From: Patescibacteria group bacterium
GTDB lineage: Bacteria; Patescibacteriota; Patescibacteriia; JAHIZJ01
Direction: 5' to 3'
Assembly (NCBI GenBank): GCA_028714495.1
Contig: JAQTMH010000001.1
Location: 179,814-243,813, forward strand
Length of the DNA: 64,000 nt
Shown: positions 18,803 through 28,472 of the stretch, in pieces
Numbering within the stretch: position 1 is the stretch's first letter
Layout: each line of letters opens with the position of its first letter
Translations under genes and position numbers: made by a program
Notes under the pieces: model-generated
What the model saw: the letters and a program-made list of their open reading frames with translations, nothing else
The model's database searches: none
Told to the model about the DNA's origin: nothing

Positions 18803-21478
18803 ATGCATCTCCAGAAAATAGATATCCAGGGCTTTAAATCGTTCGCCAACAAAACCTCGATGGAATTCAATCGCGGAATTGCTGCTATTGTCGGGCCAAA
18901 CGGCTCGGGCAAATCAAACGTGGCCGACGCCATCCGCTGGGTCATGGGCGAGCAAAGTTTGAAGATCCTCCGCGGCAAAAAATCCGAGGATGTCATATTC
19001 TCCGGCTCAGACAAGAAGGCCCGTCTGGGCATGGCCGAAGTCACCCTACATATTAACAATGAGGACGGAGCCATGCCGATTGATTATCCCGAAGTGGCTA
19101 TCACGCGCCGGGTTTATCGGAACGGCGAGGCTGAATATCTTTTGAACAAACAGCGAGCCCGGCTTCAGGATATCATTTTGCTCTTGGCTAAATCTAACTT
19201 CGGCCAGCGGAGTTACTCGGTCATCGGCCAAGGAATGATCGATTCCATTCTGACTTCCAGTCCGCAGGAACGGAAGGATTTTTTTGACGAGGCGGCTGGC
19301 GTCCGACAGTTCCAAATCAAGCGCGAACAGGCCGAACAAAAACTCGAACGAACCAAAGACAATCTGCGGCAAGCCGATCTCCTGATGCAGGAAATCGAGC
19401 CGCGCCTGCGCTCCCTCACCCGCCAGGTTCGCCGCCTGGAGCGCCGGGAAACAATCGAGAGCGAGCTGCGAACCATCCAAAAGGAATACTATTCAAATCT
19501 CTGGAAAGAAATATCTGACGAACTGTCAAAAGTGCAAAATGAACAGTCAACCGCCAACCAAAAACATCAGCAGGCAGCCGCCAGCTTAAAAAAGGTGCAG
19601 CAGGAATTAGAAACGCTGGAAAAGGAAATTAGCCGGGAGGAGACATTTCGCCAACTTCAAAAAGAATACAACCGGATCCTGGACCAAAAAAATTCCCTGC
19701 TTCAAGACCAGGCCGTGCACAAAGCCCGTTGGGAGATCGAAGCGATCCAGGCCGGCGAGGTCAATCGCGTCTGGCTGGAGAAACGCATAGAGACTCTTAA
19801 CCGGCTGGCAAATGAAATTGTTGAGGATTTAAAACCGCTCCAGGCCAGCTTAATCGAAACTCAGAAAACGCTTGACGCAAAAAAGTCAGAGCAGGCAAAA
19901 ATTGTCAGTCAATTCGAGGAAATCGAAAAAAGATTGCTTCTGGCCAAAGAACGTCTGGAAAGCAAAAAGTCTATCGGCATGCCAGAAATCCAGGGACGCC
20001 TAACTGAGATCCAAAATAGCTACATTGAATTTATCGCCCGACTGGACCGTGCGACAACGCCTGAAGACGTGTCGAAGCTTAAACGCGCCGCCCGGGAAAT
20101 CCAGACTAATTTAAATAACTACATCAAAGAGCTCGGACGATCAGCGCCCGGCGCCACGCCGGAAGAGGTTTTAATACTGCAGAGCGAATTAACCAATTTT
20201 CTAAAAAGTAAGGACAGCTTAGTAAATGAAATAAACGAGTTGACTGTCAAACTGCGCACCCTCCAGGAAAAAGGCGGCCTTTTGCAAAACCAGCAAAACG
20301 AGGTTGAGGGCGAACTGAACCACCTGAAAAAAGAGATTGACCAGATTGACCAGCAGTCGAAATTGCCAGCCCAGGCTCGCGAATCCTACGAAAAAGACAG
20401 CGTGGAAATGGACCAACGTCTTCACGCGCTGGATCAGGAATTGAAAGTCGCTCGGGTAAAAATTACCGAATTTAACCAGGAAGAGCAAAAAAAGAAAGAT
20501 CATTTATTCAACCTTCAAAAAAGGTTCCGTGACGAGCAAAACAGCCTCAACGCCGTAACTCAAACACTGAATGAATTGCGCGTCAAACAGGTTAGGCTTG
20601 AAACCCGGCTCGACGATCTGGACCGGGAAATGAAAGAGGAAACGCCCGAGCCGATCCAGCAAGAAATAAAAGCTGATTTTGCCAAACTAATCGGCCAGTC
20701 TTCAAATTCTTTATTGCTAGATAAAATCCATCAACTAAAGCACCAGCTGGAGCTCACCGGAGGAATCGACGAGAACGTGACCGGTGAATATTCGCAAACA
20801 AACGAACGCTATACCTTCCTGAAAACCCAGTCGGATGATTTAAATAAAGCCATAATCTCTCTTGAGCAGGCTATCACCGATCTTGACGAAACCATCAAAC
20901 GCCAATTCGACGAATCGTTTCAAAAAATCAGCAAAGAATTTACAAAATATTTTAAAATGCTTTTCCGCGGCGGCAATGCCAAGCTGATTCTGCAGAAAAC
21001 CGATATTCTGGCCGAGGAAGAAAGCGACGACAATAGTGAAGACGAAGAAACGGAGGAGAAAGAAGAGGCTTCAGAGCCTGAACCGAAAAAAGTTATCGGC
21101 AAGGTTGTCTCAGGCATAGAAATCCAGGCTACTCCGCCGGGTAAAAGGCTCAGCAACGTCAATGTACTTTCCGGCGGTGAAAAAGCCCTCACTTCAATCG
21201 CCCTGATCTGCGCCATCATCGCCCATAATCCTTCGCCTTTCGTCGTTCTGGACGAAGTCGACGCCGCTCTGGATGAATCCAACTCAATCAAATTTTCAAG
21301 CATCCTTGACGAGCTTTCCCACAAAACCCAATTTATCACCATTACCCATAACCGCGCCACTATGTCAAAAGCCAATATCCTCTATGGCGTCACCATGCAG
21401 AGCGATGGGGTGTCAAAACTTCTCTCGGTTAAAATGGAGGAGGCAGAAGAGGTAATCAAACGGCATGGGAATAGGTGA
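18803..21478 (+). CDS. smc: chromosome segregation protein SMC (short form)
   Basis: N-terminal Walker A FKSFANKTSMEFNRGIAAIVGPNGSGKSNVADAIRWVMGEQS; long coiled coil; C-terminal LSGGEKALTSIALICAI...VVLDEVDAALD. Confidence 0.85.
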   Translation: MHLQKIDIQGFKSFANKTSMEFNRGIAAIVGPNGSGKSNVADAIRWVMGEQSLKILRGKKSEDVIFSGSDKKARLGMAEVTLHINNEDGAMPIDYPEVAITRRVYRNGEAEYLLNKQRARLQDIILLLAKSNFGQRSYSVIGQGMIDSILTSSPQERKDFFDEAAGVRQFQIKREQAEQKLERTKDNLRQADLLMQEIEPRLRSLTRQVRRLERRETIESELRTIQKEYYSNLWKEISDELSKVQNEQSTANQKHQQAAASLKKVQQELETLEKEISREETFRQLQKEYNRILDQKNSLLQDQAVHKARWEIEAIQAGEVNRVWLEKRIETLNRLANEIVEDLKPLQASLIETQKTLDAKKSEQAKIVSQFEEIEKRLLLAKERLESKKSIGMPEIQGRLTEIQNSYIEFIARLDRATTPEDVSKLKRAAREIQTNLNNYIKELGRSAPGATPEEVLILQSELTNFLKSKDSLVNEINELTVKLRTLQEKGGLLQNQQNEVEGELNHLKKEIDQIDQQSKLPAQARESYEKDSVEMDQRLHALDQELKVARVKITEFNQEEQKKKDHLFNLQKRFRDEQNSLNAVTQTLNELRVKQVRLETRLDDLDREMKEETPEPIQQEIKADFAKLIGQSSNSLLLDKIHQLKHQLELTGGIDENVTGEYSQTNERYTFLKTQSDDLNKAIISLEQAITDLDETIKRQFDESFQKISKEFTKYFKMLFRGGNAKLILQKTDILAEEESDDNSEDEETEEKEEASEPEPKKVIGKVVSGIEIQATPPGKRLSNVNVLSGGEKALTSIALICAIIAHNPSPFVVLDEVDAALDESNSIKFSSILDELSHKTQFITITHNRATMSKANILYGVTMQSDGVSKLLSVKMEEAEEVIKRHGNR

Positions 21479-21612
21479 CCCATTGACAAGGCAACATCAA
21501 TTGTTTAATATCACTCTAGCCATCAATGTGCTCGATATAGCAATTCAAAATTAAAAACGCAAAATTAAAAACCTTCATTATTGAATTCTAAATTTTTAAT
21601 TTTACATTCATC

Positions 21613-22122
21613 ATGTTAATGCTTCGACTCTCACCAACCGGCAAACGCGGTCAGAAATTCTTCCGCCTGATTGTCTCAGAAAAAACCAAGGACGTCTTCG
21701 GCAAATACCTGGAGCTTTTAGGCAACTACAATAACCACAAGTCCCCGGCTGAAGCAAATCTGAAGGTTGATCGAATAAAATACTGGCTGTCCCAGGGCGC
21801 TCAGCCTTCCCCTACTGTCCATAATCTTCTGGTTGATCAAAAAATAATTACCGAACCAAAAGTCGCCGCCTGGAAACCGAAGAAGAAAAAGGACGAAGAA
21901 GGGGCACCCAGGGCTGAAGGTGATAAAAAACCCGAAGCTTCGGCTGAAGTCATAAAAGAAAAACCAGCTGAGGCTCCGGTCGAAACGCCAGCTGAAAAAC
22001 CAGAGCCTAAGCCGTCGCAAACAAAACCTGAAGCGCCAGCTGAAAAACCAGCGGAAAAGAAATCCGAGGCCCCGGTGGAAAAACCCACTGAGTCCGCTCC
22101 GGAAAAGTCGAAAAGTGAATAA
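21613..22122 (+). CDS. rpsP: 30S ribosomal protein S16 with long K/E/P/A-rich C-terminal extension
   Basis: MLRLSPTGKRGQKFFRLIVSEKTKDVFGKYLELLGNYN matches S16 N-terminus; about 90-aa low-complexity tail. Confidence 0.85.
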   Translation: MLMLRLSPTGKRGQKFFRLIVSEKTKDVFGKYLELLGNYNNHKSPAEANLKVDRIKYWLSQGAQPSPTVHNLLVDQKIITEPKVAAWKPKKKKDEEGAPRAEGDKKPEASAEVIKEKPAEAPVETPAEKPEPKPSQTKPEAPAEKPAEKKSEAPVEKPTESAPEKSKSE

Positions 22123-22140
22123 CCGTTTGAATTTAAATAA

Positions 22141-22318
22141 TTAGGACTTACGCGTTTGAGACAAGTTCGAGGAAAAATGCGAGGATTTTGCGAGGCGTAG
22201 TCAAACTACGACGAGCAAGGACGCAGCATTTTGACGAAGAAATTGGCCAAAGCCGCTTACTGACCCGGCTTCGCCGGGTCAGTAAGCGGCAAGCGCGTAA
22301 GTCCTAATAATCACGAAG
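22141..22318. mobile_element. MITE-like element with 13-14 bp terminal inverted repeats, copy 1
   Basis: ttaggacttacgcg ... cgcgtaagtcctaa termini; internal hairpins cgtagtcaaactacg and gcttactgacccggcttcgccgggtcagtaagc; second copy at 51253-51425. Confidence 0.6.
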
Positions 22319-22457
22319 GGGGTATTGACACCTCCTTTGTTTTTTATATAATACAAATACATAGCCACGGCTGTATTCCCTCTCAAAACTAAAGCGAGAG
22401 TCGAAGTCGAACAGCTTTACCCGGCTATCGAACGTTACAATTAACTGTACACGAGCA

Positions 22458-22781
22458 ATGGCGAAAGAACATGACCAAGAGTTTATCGAGTATGTGGTCA
22501 AGGCGTTGGTTGACCGCCCCGAGGACGTAGCCTCCGACCGGACGGTTGACGAGATGGGTGTCTTAATCACCCTGAAAGTCAATCCTCAGGATCTGGGACA
22601 GGTTATCGGCCGACAGGGACAAACGGCCAAAGCGCTCCGCACTCTCCTTCGAGTCGTCGGAGCCAAAAACCACGCCCGGGTGAATTTGAAGATTTATGAG
22701 CCAGAAGGTTTCCGGAAAGGCGCCCTGCGAAGCGGACCAAAAGAGGACGCTGACACGGGCATGGATGACCTAAAACTGTAA
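22458..22781 (+). CDS. khpA: KH-domain RNA-binding protein (KhpA/YlqC-like)
   Basis: GVLITLKVNPQDLGQVIGRQGQTAKALRTLL KH motif (GxxG); lies between rpsP and trmD. Confidence 0.7.
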   Translation: MAKEHDQEFIEYVVKALVDRPEDVASDRTVDEMGVLITLKVNPQDLGQVIGRQGQTAKALRTLLRVVGAKNHARVNLKIYEPEGFRKGALRSGPKEDADTGMDDLKL

Positions 22782-22860
22782 CACTCTCTTGAGAGGACAA
22801 AAGCCGCTGAGTATGATACAATTCATCACAGCGGTTTTTGTATATTAAGTCGATGTAAAA

Positions 22861-22950
22861 TTCAAAATTAAAAAGGAAGAATTATTGTACCTGCCCTTGG
22901 CAGGTTCCAACATTATTACTTCTAAATTATTAATTCTGAATTGATTTTCC
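22861..22950. repeat. divergent member of AT-rich palindromic element family (copy C)
   Basis: aattcaaaattaaaaaggaagaattattgtacctgcc-cttg-ggcaggttccaacattattacttctaaattattaattctgaatt; GC hairpin in AT palindrome. Confidence 0.4.
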
Positions 22951-22952
22951 TT

Positions 22953-23618
22953 ATGCGTTTCGACATCTTGACAATATTTCCAAACATTTTTGACTCATAC
23001 CTTAATGAGAGTATCCTCAAGCGGGCTCAAAAAGCTGGGTTGGTTGAATTTCAAATTCACGACTTGCGCCGATTTACCAAAGACAAGCATAAAACCACCG
23101 ATGACCGACCCTATGGCGGCGGTCCAGGCATGGTAATGAAAGTCGAGCCGATTTATTCCGCCCTCAAATCACTCGCTGCCTTGCCGCCTAAGAAATCGAG
23201 GTCTCACGGCGTTATTCTTCTGACACCCCAGGGGCGAATCTTCTCCCAGGCAGAAGCCAAACGGCTGATAAAATTCAAACGTCTAACCCTGATTTGCGGT
23301 CACTATGAAGGATTTGACGAGCGAATCCGGGATTATGTTGATGAACAAATTTCGATCGGTGACTATGTCCTGACCGGCGGCGAATTGCCGGCCATGGTAA
23401 TTGTGGACGCGATATCCCGCCTGATTCCCGGGGTATTAGGCGACGCTGATTCATCGAAAGACGAGTCGTTTTCCAAAGACCAAAAAACTCTCGAATATCC
23501 ACATTACACCCGGCCGGAAAACTTTTTGGGCCAGCGCGTACCAAAAATCCTTCTCTCCGGCAACCACGCTCAGATCGCGGCCTGGCGGAATAAACATCTC
23601 AGAAAAAAACCTACCTAA
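22953..23618 (+). CDS. trmD: tRNA (guanine37-N1)-methyltransferase
   Basis: MRFDILTIFPNIF...DRPYGGGPGMVMKVEPI...LICGHYEGFDERI; track ORF begins 4 codons upstream. Confidence 0.9.
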   Translation: MRFDILTIFPNIFDSYLNESILKRAQKAGLVEFQIHDLRRFTKDKHKTTDDRPYGGGPGMVMKVEPIYSALKSLAALPPKKSRSHGVILLTPQGRIFSQAEAKRLIKFKRLTLICGHYEGFDERIRDYVDEQISIGDYVLTGGELPAMVIVDAISRLIPGVLGDADSSKDESFSKDQKTLEYPHYTRPENFLGQRVPKILLSGNHAQIAAWRNKHLRKKPT

Positions 23619-23621
23619 TTT

Positions 23622-24914
23622 ATGTCCCTCAGCAAATACCTCGGCATCGTTAGATATCCAAATTTCCTCAAACTTTGGGGTGCTCAAGTCTGTACCAAGC
23701 TGGCCGAGAATATGTTAAATTTCAGTCTGGTTATCCTGGTATTCCAGTTAAGCCAATCCAGTTTTCTAGTCAGCGTGCTGATAGTTCTCATCAGCATTCC
23801 ACCGATTCTCCTTTCGGCCGCGGCCGGAGTCGTCGCCGACATTCGCAATCGAAAAACAATTCTTGTCCTGTCAAACGTGCTCCGTTTCTTCCTCGTTATT
23901 TTGGCCATTGCTTTTAACCATCAGGCGTATGTTCTAATCGGAGTGGCTTTTATGTTGTCGGTGATCGCCCAGTTTTTCTCTCCAGCTGAAGTATCCTCTA
24001 TTCCAACCCTGGTTCCGAAAGAAAATCTTTTCACTGCCAACAGTTTTTATCAGTTCACGAGTTACGCCATGTTTCTCGCCGGGTACTCGATCGCCGGACC
24101 ATTTTTAAACCGCCTTGGCGCCAACAAGCTTTTTCTCTTTATCATGGGCCTCTACGCTGTCTCAAGTCTTCTAACTAGCCTTTTGCCGCCACTCGTTGAA
24201 CATCTGAAGAACCTTGCTGCCACTGAACTGCCGAGGATTTTTGACTGGCGAGCATTTAGCAAAAGGATGGTTGATGGGATTCGCTATATCTGGACCAACC
24301 ATATTATTCGGTTCGTTATTTTTCAGGCCGCGGTTGTCTTCAGCATCGAGCGAGCTTTTATTTCCCTGGCTCCGAGCTTTTCTCAAGACTTTCTTCGTCT
24401 GGACGTCGAGGGTTTGAGCCTCTTTGTTATTCTGCCGACTGGGATCGGAACGCTCTGCGGGGTCCTGCTCGCGAATAAACTCAAACATAAAATTAACAAA
24501 GGGAAGCTAATCACCGCTGGACTGTTTTTAGACGGTTTCGCTTTAACCGCGCTGGCTCTTTGGACCAGCATCCTTAGTTTAGTCCACGGACTTGGGATCC
24601 AAGTGTCAACTGAGGCGTTTATTCCAATTTTCGTAATTATCCTGGCTTGGATTTCGGGCTTGGCCGATCCCCTTATCCTGGTACCGGTTCAGACTACGAT
24701 TCACGAGCGCACTCCGGCTGAAGATCGCGGCCGGGTTTTTGGCGGGCTTTACACTTTCTCAAATCTCATGGGTTTAATTCCCGTCTTGATTATCGGCGCT
24801 TTATCAGCCGTTATAAAAATAAATCTTATTGTTATCGGCCTTGGGATAATTATTTTAGCCGTTACTGTCCAGGGCATCTTTTTCTTCCGTCGGTACAGCC
24901 TGGGAACAGAGTAG
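23622..24914 (+). CDS. MFS-family transporter
   Basis: about 12 predicted TM helices, MFS-like architecture. Confidence 0.65.
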   Translation: MSLSKYLGIVRYPNFLKLWGAQVCTKLAENMLNFSLVILVFQLSQSSFLVSVLIVLISIPPILLSAAAGVVADIRNRKTILVLSNVLRFFLVILAIAFNHQAYVLIGVAFMLSVIAQFFSPAEVSSIPTLVPKENLFTANSFYQFTSYAMFLAGYSIAGPFLNRLGANKLFLFIMGLYAVSSLLTSLLPPLVEHLKNLAATELPRIFDWRAFSKRMVDGIRYIWTNHIIRFVIFQAAVVFSIERAFISLAPSFSQDFLRLDVEGLSLFVILPTGIGTLCGVLLANKLKHKINKGKLITAGLFLDGFALTALALWTSILSLVHGLGIQVSTEAFIPIFVIILAWISGLADPLILVPVQTTIHERTPAEDRGRVFGGLYTFSNLMGLIPVLIIGALSAVIKINLIVIGLGIIILAVTVQGIFFFRRYSLGTE

Positions 24915-25260
24915 CTATTTGACAGACCCAGTAGAATACTATATATTGTAGGTGCGGGTGGAAAACCTGTGAAAACAAAAAATAGCCCATAATCATTAAA
25001 TGGGAGACAATATTTGACCTAAATTAGCCTTAAAACTGTTCGTTATCAAACAGGAGAAAAAACAGGGGTATCTGTAATTCGGGTATCACTGTTTTTTCTT
25101 CACTAAAAAATAGTGACGAGAAATGACCTTTGACATTCGCAAAGTGATAAGAAAGGCTCTAAAAATTCAATTCCAAGTCCTTTGATCCAAGCCCCTTCGG
25201 GGGCTTAAAGATTAAAGGCAAACATAAGAGCTATGGTCCTGTCTTAATTGACAGACCCAA
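24915..25260 (+). promoter_or_regulatory. rRNA leader with two promoter-like repeats
   Basis: atttgacagacccagtagaatactatatat (about 24916) and aattgacagacccaactctatttaat (about 25246), each a TTGACA -35 with an AT-rich -10 candidate. Confidence 0.4.
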
Positions 25261-25265
25261 CTCTA

Positions 25266-26770
<1,505 letters not shown>

Positions 26771-26927
26771 CTAGGGAGAAAAGTAGGGCAGGAGCTCTCA
26801 TGTTCCTGAAAAACAATCGTACGGTGTACGTATTGCCTTACAACAGTGGTCGGACCCGATCCTCGAATTTATTTCGGGGCATCGGGAGTAAATGCCTTTC
26901 TTATCACCTTGAGGATGTCAATGGAAA

Positions 26928-26956
26928 TAAAAATCCGTCTGTTTAGAGACGGGTTT
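26928..26956 (+). terminator. intrinsic terminator downstream of 16S
   Basis: ccgtctgtttagagacgg hairpin followed by ttttttaatt. Confidence 0.6.
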
Positions 26957-26993
26957 TTTAATTATTGGCATCTGATCAAATAAATATGTTTAC

Positions 26994-27476
26994 CTAAACA
27001 AAAGACAAAACAAATCCGATTAATAGCCCAAAAACAAGAATAAAGCTGGCAAATTTCAATATTTTAGATTTCGGTTTTATCGAGTAATTCGTCATCGTCC
27101 AAATTTCGCGCATATATTCCTCGGCCATTTTATCGTCAGAATCGAATACCTTCTTCAATTTATCTTCGTATTCTTCGAGTCCTTTGTCCGAAAAACCCCA
27201 CCAGCAAATAAAACTAAGGCGTTCTTTCCGCTTTCCGCGAAAAGGAAGAAAAACAACAGTTATCGCCATAACGAGCGTAATAAAGGAGCTGATGGCCAGT
27301 ACCAAAAAATTTGAGGCCTCAATGCGAATCATACTCAATCCAAAGATAACCGCGGCGATGCCAACCAAGAAAGAAGCTTTCTGGTCCAAACTGCCCCGCA
27401 GGCTGTTTTGAAGAGTAAGTGAATCACGCAATAAATTAATCGAGTTTTGATTGACTACCATATTTTTATCGATCAA
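26994..27476 (-). CDS. hypothetical membrane protein
   Basis: 160-aa ORF with two central TM helices and one C-terminal TM helix; adjacent to tRNA cluster. Confidence 0.4.
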   Translation of the reverse strand: MIDKNMVVNQNSINLLRDSLTLQNSLRGSLDQKASFLVGIAAVIFGLSMIRIEASNFLVLAISSFITLVMAITVVFLPFRGKRKERLSFICWWGFSDKGLEEYEDKLKKVFDSDDKMAEEYMREIWTMTNYSIKPKSKILKFASFILVFGLLIGFVLSFV

Positions 27477-27570
27477 TTATCAAACTGCATAATCAAATTA
27501 TAACCATTAGTTTATCCATCGTTCTTGATTGGTCGGGGATCGCGGACTCGAACCGCGGACCTCTCGCTCC

Positions 27571-27846
27571 CCCGCCCGACTGCCATGTAATATTTCTGTC
27601 AAACTATTGGTTGGGACGGCGAGCCTCGGATTATAATCCGAGGGAAATTGCTGTCTTCCCGCACCGAGTCGGGGTGCGCGGACTTGAACCGCGGACCTCT
27701 CGCTCCCAAAGCGAGCGTTCTAGCCAACTGAACTACACCCCGACTCGAGGCAGGACGTGCTTCTGCACTACGCCCCGACCAATCGCTGGACTGAACAATT
27801 GTAATTATCAAAGTATAGAGCAACGTAAGCAGCCAGGGCGGGCGGG
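27571..27846 (-). other. 276-nt intervening sequence in tRNA-Pro carrying tRNA-Pro copy B; termini cccgcccg...cgggcggg
   Basis: begins cccgcccgccctggctgc and ends ggcagtcgggcggg in tRNA orientation; no ORF; no recognisable group I P/Q/R/S elements by eye. Confidence 0.5.
27669..27742 (-). tRNA. tRNA-Pro(TGG), intact, no encoded CCA, nested in the insertion
   Basis: cggggtg ta gttc agttggcta gaac g ctcgc tttggga gcgag aggtc cgcgg ttcaagt ccgcg caccccg a. Confidence 0.8.
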
Positions 27847-28046
27847 CAAAGCGAGCGTTCTAGCCAACTGAACTAATCCCCGATGAAAAAATCCCATGTT
27901 TGGGAAAAGCTTTTCTTGTTTTTATATTTTAAGCCTGTTTTTATTACCCGCTGGTGCCGAGGGCCGGAATCCCGCACCACGCAGGGTGCGGGACAAGTCG
28001 AACCAGCATAATTATGAAATGGGCCTCTTTAGTAATTCCGCCCAAA

Positions 28047-28119
28047 TGCCTGGGGTCGGAGTTGAACCGACGACGCAAGGATTTTCAGTCCTTCGCTCTA
28101 CCACCTGAGCTACCCAGGC
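28047..28119 (-). tRNA. tRNA-Phe(GAA), no encoded CCA
   Basis: gcctggg ta gctc aggtggta gagc g aagga ctgaaaa tcctt gcgtc gtcgg ttcaact ccgac cccaggc a; flanked by inverted repeat aattccgcccaaatgcc / ggcatttgggcggaatt. Confidence 0.85.
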
Positions 28120-28182
28120 AGGCATTTGGGCGGAATTGATTTCACAGTAGGATTATATTAGCATATTTCAGTCCGGAGTTCA

Positions 28183-28225
28183 CCCCGTGCTTGTCACGGG
28201 GCTCTACCGACTGAGCTACCTCGGC
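28183..28225 (-). pseudogene. tRNA 5'-half-like fragment fused to GC hairpin
   Basis: gccgagg ta gctc agtcggta gagc followed by perfect hairpin ccccgtg-acaag-cacgggg; no T-arm or acceptor 3' strand found. Confidence 0.35.
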
Positions 28226-28258
28226 AAGTGCCCACGGCACCAGCGGGAAATCAATATT

Positions 28259-28299
28259 TGGTGGGCGATCCAGGAGTCGAACCTGGGACCTCGTCATTA
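28259..28299 (-). pseudogene. tRNA 3'-half fragment (Ile-like), CCA encoded, no matching 5' half
   Basis: taatgacgag gtc ccagg ttcgact cctgg atcgccc a cca; closely resembles the 3' half of tRNA-Ile(GAT) at 28396-28472 but with a different acceptor. Confidence 0.45.
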
Positions 28300-28334
28300 C
28301 CCGCCCGACTGCTCCGCACTCGGAGGCGGGCGGG
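28300..28334. repeat. 35-nt palindromic element sharing termini with the tRNA-Pro intervening sequence
   Basis: cccgcccgactgctccgcactcggaggcgggcggg; termini cccgcccg/cgggcggg; same cccgcccgactgc start as the 276-nt insertion; abuts the tRNA 3' half in its anticodon-loop position. Confidence 0.5.
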
Positions 28335-28395
28335 TGACCCCGCACAACTCGCCAGAGCTCGTTTGCGGGGCAGGCGCGCTGAACTCACAGGCGGA

Positions 28396-28472
28396 TGGTG
28401 GGCATGGGAGGAGTCGAACCTCCGACCTCGTCATTATCAGTGACGCGCTCTAACCATCTGAGCTACATGCCC
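28396..28472 (-). tRNA. tRNA-Ile(GAT), CCA encoded
   Basis: gggcatg ta gctc agatggtta gagc g cgtca ctgataa tgacg aggtc ggagg ttcgact cctcc catgccc a cca; flanked by ggcggatggtg / caccatccgcc helix. Confidence 0.85.

Larger units (their letters stand above)
27530..27882 (-). tRNA. tRNA-Pro(TGG) gene split in the anticodon loop by a 276-nt insertion
   Basis: 5' exon 27882-27847: cggggat ta gttc agttggcta gaac g ctcgc tttg; 3' exon 27570-27530: gga gcgag aggtc cgcgg ttcgagt ccgcg atccccg a cca; perfect 7-bp acceptor pairing between the halves. Confidence 0.6.

Noticed and set aside
22141-22318. Second riboswitch or structured regulatory RNA upstream of khpA
   Set aside because: Collinearity with the copy at 51253-51425 and the terminal inverted repeats show it is a dispersed repeat element rather than a locus-specific leader.
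27571-27846. Group I intron in tRNA-Pro
   Set aside because: Size and anticodon-loop position fit bacterial tRNA group I introns. I could not find the conserved P/Q/R/S core or a G-binding site by eye, and the insertion contains a whole tRNA. It is kept as an open finding rather than called a group I intron.
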